A DNA stretch of 64,000 nt from Patescibacteria group bacterium (GTDB lineage: Bacteria; Patescibacteriota; SICC01), in contig JBBDXB010000006.1 in assembly GCA_040902515.1 (NCBI GenBank), positions 130,219-194,218 of the forward strand, in the 5' to 3' direction. The notes under the pieces are model-generated. The model ran no database searches. It was not told the DNA's origin and saw nothing but the letters and a program-made list of their open reading frames with translations. Positions 57,530 to 64,000 of this stretch are shown here, in pieces. Both the position numbers and the translations under genes were made by a program. Each line of letters opens with the position of its first letter. The first letter of the stretch is position 1.

Positions 57530-58807
57530 TCAGGACGCAGGGCTGGGCTGCGCAGCAGGAGACGCTCCCGGCACGCCGGTCTGGGCCGCGCCCGGCTGCT
57601 CGGGCTGCTCCTTGGGTTGGACCGTAAAGAGCGAATCGTCCCACACGAGGCCCGGCGCCAACACCCACACGAGGGTGTCAGGCAGGATTTCCTGGAAATG
57701 CGTGGCGACGGACTTGCCGAGCACGGTAATCTGCTGGAGCTCGACCGAATCCTCATCGCGGTCCTGGACCCTGATGATCACGAATCCCTGGTCGGTCTTG
57801 ATCACGTCGCTCACCGCACCGACCTCGATCTCGAACGCCACTTCTTCGATCGCAGGATCCATCTCACCGCGCCTGATGTCGCCGAGGGAACCGCCTTCCG
57901 ACGCGGCCGGGTCCTCGGACACGTCCTCGGCGACCGCCGCGAAGCTCTCATCTTCTCCCAACCGTTCGCGTGCCGCGTCGGCCTTTTCCCGCGCCTCACG
58001 GTTCAGGTCCTCGTCTTCCGAGATCCTTTCGTTAAGCGCTTCCTGGATCAGGACGTTTTCTCGCAGTTCGGTCTTGTACTCCCGTACCGACCAGCCCAGC
58101 CGTTCGCGAAGCAGCCGCTTGAGCTGGTCTTCGCCCTGGACCTTATCGGCCTGCTCCTGGTACGCTTCTTCGACCCGACTGGCCTTCACACGTACGCCGA
58201 GCTTGGTCGCCTCCTGCTGGGTAATCACGGATGCGATCTGCTGCTGGAGCGCCTGCGCCTTGATCGTCTCTTCCGGCACGGCAGGCAGGCCCTGTGCCTG
58301 TTCCTGGCCACTCTGAATCCGTTCAAGCGTCTTGACCCGCTCCAGGAACGAGCCGTAGCCGACGGCGACTTCGGTCACCGGCGGCAGCCAGAGCTGCGAG
58401 ACGGCTGCGAGCACCGCGATCACGCCGAGGATACCCGCTTTCCGGAGACTCATTACCCTGCCGGAGAAGCCGTACCAGACGAACTTTGCGAAGACGCCGA
58501 CGAAGGCGATCGTCGCGAGCAAACCGCCGATCATCCACCAGAGATAGTCGGGGGTGAATACCTTGGCGGCCGGATAGTAGGCGAAGTTCGAGACGAACCG
58601 TGTCAGGCCGTCGTTTCCACCCGTGGTATAGAGGATGACCGCGTAGACCAAGTACAGCAGGAACAGCGCCAGCACGACGCCCGCGACGATCCTGCCGGAA
58701 CGTGATTCGGGGACACGAGGGCGCGAGATCCGGAATTTCCGAATCCCCGGAACCCGCGAAGCCCGCCTGGTCCGTGCACTGCTGTTTTTTGCTTTTCGAG
58801 GAGTCAT
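57530..58807 (-). CDS. SurA/PrsA-type parvulin foldase, membrane anchored
   Basis: SurA-N helices; F..VA...SEDP....GGSLG, VSDVIKT..GF. Confidence 0.85.
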   Translation of the reverse strand: MTPRKAKNSSARTRRASRVPGIRKFRISRPRVPESRSGRIVAGVVLALFLLYLVYAVILYTTGGNDGLTRFVSNFAYYPAAKVFTPDYLWWMIGGLLATIAFVGVFAKFVWYGFSGRVMSLRKAGILGVIAVLAAVSQLWLPPVTEVAVGYGSFLERVKTLERIQSGQEQAQGLPAVPEETIKAQALQQQIASVITQQEATKLGVRVKASRVEEAYQEQADKVQGEDQLKRLLRERLGWSVREYKTELRENVLIQEALNERISEDEDLNREAREKADAARERLGEDESFAAVAEDVSEDPAASEGGSLGDIRRGEMDPAIEEVAFEIEVGAVSDVIKTDQGFVIIRVQDRDEDSVELQQITVLGKSVATHFQEILPDTLVWVLAPGLVWDDSLFTVQPKEQPEQPGAAQTGVPGASPAAQPSPAS

Positions 58808-58851
58808 GCTTACTCGACTTGAGTATACGGCTGGCCGCAGTAAGACTGCAA

Positions 58852-60027
58852 CTAGCGGCGCGGCCGCCGTGCGGCGTGCCGCTTGATCTGTTCGGAAAAG
58901 ACGGCGGCAGTACGCTCGGCGGCGGTTTCCCACGTGTAGTGTTTCGCCCAGTCATGACCTTTCTCGACCTTCCGCTCGTCCGGTTCGAGCACGGCCTTCC
59001 GGAGCGCGGTCGCCAGTTCCTCGGTATGGTCGGGACGGAACGGTTCGTACGCGCCGGCGAAGAGTTCATGGATCGGCTCGATGTCGGATGCCGCGACCGG
59101 CGTGCCGCCGGCCAGCGCCTCCAGCACCGGAAGGCCGAACCCCTCCGCGAGGGAAGGATAGCAGAATGCGTCCGCGCCGCTCAGGAGCGCCTGCTTCTCC
59201 GACTCGGACACGAACCCGATGGTGCGGACCTGGCCGTTCACCTTCGATTGGGCGATCAGGATCGGAAGACGATGGAAGTCCTCATACAACGCGGAAGACG
59301 GCGCGGTGAGCGCTCCGGCCAGGACCAGGTCATGGCCGGCCGGCAACCCGGACTCCGCGAAGCCCCGGACCAGCCCGCGGATGTTCTTGCGGTAGTCATA
59401 CCCTCCGACGTAGAAGACGTACGGACGGACCAACCCGTACCGCTTGCGTACCGCGGTCACCGTGCGGGAGGACGGGACCGTGCGGTATTCCGGCTCAAGC
59501 CCTTCATACGTAACGGCGATCTGTTGCCGCGGCACGTCGACCGCCCAGCTGATCGCCTTCGCCGAAGCACTGCTTACGGTAAGCAGATGGTCCGCGGCGC
59601 GGATACCGCGCTTGATCCCGCGGAACTTCACCCGCGAGCGGATCGCCCGGCGGTACCGCGGAAGCTGCCAGGGAATCACGTCATGGACCGCCATCACCAC
59701 CGGAACGTCGAACGGGTTGCGAGTCGGCGGAGCGGGATACGGCTGGAAGATCAGATGGGCCTTGCACTGGCCGGCGGCCACCCCGAGGCGACTCCGCTCC
59801 CAGTCGTCGAGCGCCTTGCCCCGCCCGAGGAGCGAACGCTTCGGCGGTACCACGACGGTACGGATCGCGCGCGGGAGGTCCACCGCCACCTTCTCCGGCA
59901 CGAACGCGACGAATTCCGCGCCGCGCATCGCGGCCGGCAGGGAGCGGAGGAGTCCCAACGTATAACGGCCCATGCCGGTGTGCGGCCGGGTCAGGAACAG
60001 TCCGTTGACGGCGATCCGTGCGTTCAT
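58852..60027 (-). CDS. GT4 glycosyltransferase
   Basis: TGMGRY, HDVIP, RKN, EGFGLPVLEA. Confidence 0.92.
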   Translation of the reverse strand: MNARIAVNGLFLTRPHTGMGRYTLGLLRSLPAAMRGAEFVAFVPEKVAVDLPRAIRTVVVPPKRSLLGRGKALDDWERSRLGVAAGQCKAHLIFQPYPAPPTRNPFDVPVVMAVHDVIPWQLPRYRRAIRSRVKFRGIKRGIRAADHLLTVSSASAKAISWAVDVPRQQIAVTYEGLEPEYRTVPSSRTVTAVRKRYGLVRPYVFYVGGYDYRKNIRGLVRGFAESGLPAGHDLVLAGALTAPSSALYEDFHRLPILIAQSKVNGQVRTIGFVSESEKQALLSGADAFCYPSLAEGFGLPVLEALAGGTPVAASDIEPIHELFAGAYEPFRPDHTEELATALRKAVLEPDERKVEKGHDWAKHYTWETAAERTAAVFSEQIKRHAARRPRR

Positions 60028-60686
60028 CACTTCTTCCGTTTCTTCACCTCGTCCATCTTCCGCTGGACCTCGGCCTGGCGCATCTCCTTGTCGGCCCGCG
60101 CGATCTTCTCCAGGTCGCGCCGGTGCTTGCCGAGCAGCTCGATCAACTCCTTCGCCGTGAGGTCGTGGTCCTCGTCCTCCAGGTACGCCTGCTGCGCCTT
60201 GAGCAGGAACAGCGCCTGCTGCTGGGGTTTGGCGATGTCGTTCAGATCGATGTTCGGGAGCGAGCCTGCCGTCTGCACCAACACCGTCCCGAAGTTGAAG
60301 AGCGTCGCGAAGACACCGGAGACCTCGTGGCTGACGTCCTGGATCTTGCCGAGAGTCGCTTCCGCGAACTTCCGGTGGAAGAAACCGCGCTGCTCCACGT
60401 CGATGATCCGGTAGTTGGTGAGGATGTAGACGTCGCCCCACCAGCTGATCCACTCGTAGGCAGCGTATGTCGCGACCAATGCCAGGATCACCAGGTACAG
60501 CACGAACAAGAACGGACTCGCGAGCATCGAAAGCCCGGTAATGAACAGGAGCGCGATCGGAATGATCGCGAACGCCAGGACCTTTAGGACCGGTCCGACC
60601 AACGTGATCGGGTGGTGACGCCAAATCCGGACGATCTCCTCGTCCTCCGCCTGGTTCTGGATCGTGACCTCGAACGGGTTCTGCAT
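60027..60686 (-). CDS. Membrane protein with bacterial PH domain
   Basis: Two TM, YILTNYRII, IQDV, FNFGTVLVQTAG. Confidence 0.85.
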   Translation of the reverse strand: MQNPFEVTIQNQAEDEEIVRIWRHHPITLVGPVLKVLAFAIIPIALLFITGLSMLASPFLFVLYLVILALVATYAAYEWISWWGDVYILTNYRIIDVEQRGFFHRKFAEATLGKIQDVSHEVSGVFATLFNFGTVLVQTAGSLPNIDLNDIAKPQQQALFLLKAQQAYLEDEDHDLTAKELIELLGKHRRDLEKIARADKEMRQAEVQRKMDEVKKRKK

Positions 60687-60698
60687 GGCCCGATAGGA

Positions 60699-60908
60699 TT
60701 ACGGCTGCGGCGGAGCCGCGGTTTCCGGAACCGTTACCGGCTGCGCCTGGGACTGCGTCTGTACCTGCGTTCCCGGGTTCGCGGCAGGCGGTGGCGTCGT
60801 TTCCGGGCCGGAGACCGGCAGATACAGCAGGAACGTGCTGGCTCCGAAGAGGATCACCAGCACCCAGATGATGATCAGGTTGATGCGCTTTTTCGTTTTC
60901 GCTTGCAC
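60699..60908 (-). CDS. Small single-TM protein
   Basis: TAGAAT 6 nt before GTG; TM plus Pro/Gln tail. Confidence 0.6.
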   Translation of the reverse strand: MQAKTKKRINLIIIWVLVILFGASTFLLYLPVSGPETTPPPAANPGTQVQTQSQAQPVTVPETAAPPQP

Positions 60909-61085
60909 ACCGCTATTCTACCGCACTGTTCCCAAGATGCACCGAGCTGACGGGGATCCGGTCAACCCCGGGGGTGGTATGGAAACGGGCTATGACATGG
61001 TCTGCCGACCAAAAAATCGCGGGGGATGTGAGGTTCTGATAGTTAGAACGGTTCTCGCAGAGCCCCCGACTCTCATCCATCACGA

Positions 61086-61361
61086 TCATGTGCCCGTCTC
61101 GATGTGGGTCCATCCCATCTTCTGAGCAACGAGACGCTGGACCTCATTAAGTGCTTTGTTGGGAACAAGGACCAGGGTGCAGTCTGACGGCACTCCGACG
61201 ATTTTCGGGTGTAGGCACCGCTCGGTCGTACTGAAGCGATGTCCGTTATTGCAGACATATCCGCGACGGACCTGCTCATCATCAGCAGATCTCCTGGTCT
61301 CGAGCACGCGCGCGGTACTACCACAACGAGGGCAGGTAAAGTTGGTGCTGGGCATTGTCAC
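61086..61361 (-). CDS. Zn-ribbon protein resembling the NrdR N terminus (no ATP cone)
   Basis: CPRC...RVLETR......RRGYVC..GHRFSTTE. Confidence 0.65.
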   Translation of the reverse strand: MTMPSTNFTCPRCGSTARVLETRRSADDEQVRRGYVCNNGHRFSTTERCLHPKIVGVPSDCTLVLVPNKALNEVQRLVAQKMGWTHIETGT

Positions 61362-61409
61362 CTCATCCTTTCAGGGGCTACCAATAATCATGAAGGATCG
61401 GCAAACCAT

Positions 61410-61470
61410 GTTTTCAATGAACGGCCGTGCGATGACGGACAATCATAGCCCTTTTGCAAAGCCCCTGCAA
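61410..61470 (-). promoter_or_regulatory. sigma70 promoter plus boxA-like GTTCATTGAAAAC
   Basis: TTGCAG-17nt-TATGAT; boxA one mismatch from GTTCTTTGAAAAC. Confidence 0.75.
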
Positions 61471-61530
61471 TCAAAAATAAGGATACGCAAGCATACACCT
61501 CGCCCGGTTCAGGAATACCAGTGGACGCTG

Positions 61531-61603
61531 AGGCCCTGGAGGGATTCGAACCCCCGACGCTCTCCTTAGGACGGAGACGCTCTGTCCACTGAGCTACAGG
61601 GCC
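61531..61603 (-). tRNA. tRNA-Arg(CCT)
   Basis: Arm TCTCC-GT CCT AA-GGAGA. Confidence 0.93.
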
Positions 61604-61606
61604 AGC

Positions 61607-62227
61607 CTACTTATTGTAATCCCGGAGCCAATCGACTGCTTTTTGTACGGCGGCCTGACGATGGGTCAGTACCGAGGAGTCCGGTTTTTCTTCCAATTCG
61701 CCGAGTAGTTTGCCCGTCTCGGTCACGAACAGGCTCCGGAACGGGAATCCCGGGACCCGGACTGGCGCAGACTGTTCCGCGATCTCGCCCCGAAGCGTCC
61801 CATCGAAAAGTTCTTCGGTGCCGTCCGGCAGCGCTAAGACGATCACCGTCCGGAATTGTGCCCCGCGCTTACCTCCGGGAACTCCTTGTAGTCGCCGCAG
61901 GCAGTGTTCGATGATCTGCTCATCGGTCATCTCGGTCCGGCCGTCCCGCCAGCGCCGGACCTTTACTCCGGGTTCCCCGCTGAGCGCATCGATCTCCAGG
62001 CCGGTATCGTCTGCCATCATGATCATGCCGGCCGGCGCCACTGCGCGATACGCCCGCGCCTTGAGTAGCGCATTCTCTTCGAGCGTCGCGCCGGTTTCCT
62101 CGACCTCGACGTTTAAACCCCGGTCCTTCGGCGATTCGATCGGCATCATGCCCCCGAGGAACGCCCTCACTTCTTCGAGCTTGCCCGGGTTGCCGGTCGC
62201 GTAGAGCAGTTCAGGACTTTCCGGCAT
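61607..62227 (-). CDS. rdgB: Non-canonical purine NTP pyrophosphatase (Ham1/RdgB)
   Basis: ATGNPGK, ENALLKA, DDTGL, THR. Confidence 0.9.
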   Translation of the reverse strand: MPESPELLYATGNPGKLEEVRAFLGGMMPIESPKDRGLNVEVEETGATLEENALLKARAYRAVAPAGMIMMADDTGLEIDALSGEPGVKVRRWRDGRTEMTDEQIIEHCLRRLQGVPGGKRGAQFRTVIVLALPDGTEELFDGTLRGEIAEQSAPVRVPGFPFRSLFVTETGKLLGELEEKPDSSVLTHRQAAVQKAVDWLRDYNK

Positions 62228-62843
62228 CGGATGACTCCTCCTGTCCGGGCGATTCTACCTGCCAATCCCCCGCATGGAACCGGTTCTGGCCTTTCGCATG
62301 CCAGTCATGAGGGTCCGACGCATAAATCTCATCCCACAAGTCTGCCGCCGCTTTGGTGTGAAGCTTTTTGCGGACGACCTTCCGGCGGTCCTCTTTCCAG
62401 AGCCGCTCCATCGGGACGCCGAGAGCCGTCTGTTCGCGCATTTCCATGTCCTGGTCCAGAATGTCGGCATCCTTCACGATCTTTGCCTCGATCGTTTCCC
62501 GAAGCTCATACTCTTTCCAGAGCTTCATGAATTCATCAGCCAGGGTGGTGTCCTTGAAGATATCCACGGCGGCCTTATCCTCGTTCCGGTCGACGTACTG
62601 CCGGCTCAGATAATCCACGTCGGTCGAACGGCTCTCCACCGCATCGTGCACGAGGGCCAGCTTCACGACCTTGCCGGTGTCACCGGTTTTCTCTCGGGTC
62701 GCCAGCACCAATGCGATCCACGCGACCCGGAACGTGTGCTCGGTGATGTTTTGGAAATCCGCCGCGCCGAAGAACCGGGACCATTGCCGCGGCATCCGGC
62801 GCAGCGCGCCCATTTCAAACAGAAGCTGGGTGTCGCGGTTCAT
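62211..62843 (-). CDS. HD-domain hydrolase (YfbR/HDDC2-like 5'-deoxynucleotidase)
   Basis: EHTFRV, LVHD, EAKIVKDAD. Confidence 0.88.
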   Translation of the reverse strand: MNRDTQLLFEMGALRRMPRQWSRFFGAADFQNITEHTFRVAWIALVLATREKTGDTGKVVKLALVHDAVESRSTDVDYLSRQYVDRNEDKAAVDIFKDTTLADEFMKLWKEYELRETIEAKIVKDADILDQDMEMREQTALGVPMERLWKEDRRKVVRKKLHTKAAADLWDEIYASDPHDWHAKGQNRFHAGDWQVESPGQEESSDAGKS

Positions 62844-62848
62844 ACAGT

Positions 62849-63403
62849 TTATTGCACAATGCTTTTCTCTAGCAGGTCGTCAATGTAATACTGGATCGAC
62901 TTATCGATGACATCGATATCCTTGACCTGCCTCCGGCGTCTTCGAAAGTACGTCGCGAGATAATCCCCCACCGCCTCGATGTCATCCACGATGGCGTCGC
63001 AGGGAAGTTCCACGAAAGGATGGACGTAATCGTTGTACTTCTTCCCCCTGATCTCAGCTTCTGATTTGCGGAACTTACCGTTTACCGGAGCGATGCCCAA
63101 CAGCAGTTTCTTGAAATACTTCGCGATGAGCATCTCTTGGGATCCCCCGACGCTGATGTCGTCCGTAAGGTTCACTACCACCACGTCCGATTGCTGGATC
63201 ATGAAGCAGTCACGCCCGAACACGGCCCGGGGGTCGCCTTCGTCTACCTCATACGTGGTCGTGCCACGCGACGGGTTAAGGTTCTGGATGTCCAGGCCGG
63301 TACGGTCACTCAGTATTTGGCAGTATTCCTCCCGCCATGATTCGCCTACGTGTGGCGATCCGGGACTCACTTTGCCGGCCAGATATGCTTTGATCCGCTT
63401 CAT
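62849..63403 (-). CDS. Nucleoside 2-deoxyribosyltransferase-like protein
   Basis: YLAG, LNP, RD...I..SD, GGSQE. Confidence 0.75.
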   Translation of the reverse strand: MKRIKAYLAGKVSPGSPHVGESWREEYCQILSDRTGLDIQNLNPSRGTTTYEVDEGDPRAVFGRDCFMIQQSDVVVVNLTDDISVGGSQEMLIAKYFKKLLLGIAPVNGKFRKSEAEIRGKKYNDYVHPFVELPCDAIVDDIEAVGDYLATYFRRRRRQVKDIDVIDKSIQYYIDDLLEKSIVQ

Positions 63404-63421
63404 CGCCCTTGCAGTATAAAC

Positions 63422-63850
63422 CTACTTAATCCATCCGTTCGCCTGCATCGCATCCACGAAGTAAATGTCCGTGGGATCGAGCGGGAGTGCTTCCTTCGGC
63501 GTCCAGCGATGTTCGACGTGCTCGCTGCTGAGCTGCACCTCGCCAGCGGCACGGACCACGTAGGTGATGCGGACCACGTGGAGTTTTGGGTTAAACAAGA
63601 TGTCCTGCACGTGGAAGATTCCCTCCACCGACGTAACATCAAGCCCGGTCTCCTCTTTCACTTCCCGCTTCAGCGCATCGAGCAACTCCTCGCCGGCGTC
63701 GATGCGTCCCCCGGGGATATCCCACTTCAGGACGTCCTCGCCATGGAACGGCTCGCTCCGCTTCAGCAGCAGGACGCGGCCTTGCTCGTCGGTAATGACC
63801 GCTTTGACGCCGACCTGGAGCTTGCGATCCTGATCGCCGCTCGAGGCCAT
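63422..63850 (-). CDS. NUDIX hydrolase (MutT-like)
   Basis: WDIPGGRIDAGEELLDALKREVKEETG, LSSEH. Confidence 0.92.
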   Translation of the reverse strand: MASSGDQDRKLQVGVKAVITDEQGRVLLLKRSEPFHGEDVLKWDIPGGRIDAGEELLDALKREVKEETGLDVTSVEGIFHVQDILFNPKLHVVRITYVVRAAGEVQLSSEHVEHRWTPKEALPLDPTDIYFVDAMQANGWIK

Positions 63851-64000
63851 TAGAACATCGCGGATTCTTCGGCGCGGACGTATGAGTGCAGCTCGTCCTT
63901 GCCGAACCAGAGGGCGATCTCGTTCTTCGCCTCTTCCGGCGTTTCGGACGCATGCATGATGTTCTTGATCGCCCGCTTTTCCACGTTGGCGACCGCCGGA
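63850..64000 (-). CDS. ndk: Nucleoside diphosphate kinase, C-terminal part (cut by window edge)
   Basis: Own translation ...RAIKNIMHASETPEEAKNEIALWF...; TAATG overlap with the NUDIX gene. Confidence 0.85.
   Translation of the reverse strand, partial: PAVANVEKRAIKNIMHASETPEEAKNEIALWFGKDELHSYVRAEESAMF

Overview
GC-rich bacterial window, mostly transcribed on the minus strand. The gene content is Patescibacteria (CPR)-like: VirB2-type pilin, CPR-type GT2, scattered tRNAs mostly without encoded CCA, and many short orphan genes (taxonomy inferred, not tested). Core genes include ddl, hup, ymdB-rny, tsaE-tsaB, rplY, an atp operon that stops at atpG, guaB, pyrC-pyrB, prs, a SurA/PrsA-type foldase, a nucleotide-sanitising cluster and 11 tRNAs. 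An AT-richer accessory region (~2.8-12.4 kb, ending at tRNA-Gln) holds a SagB-YcaO-precursor azole RiPP operon with a microcin-B17-like Gly/Cys precursor and an SF2 helicase with six C-terminal repeats. The most notable signals are non-coding. (1) Two homologous 51-nt type III hammerhead ribozymes with compensatory changes in all three stems lie in the 3' UTRs of the RiPP operon and of a small membrane-protein gene. (2) Orphan genes share an rRNA-operon-like layout: sigma70 promoter, boxA-like motif, leader arm, Shine-Dalgarno, ORF, then a complementary trailer arm (four clear cases). Many housekeeping genes instead look leaderless.
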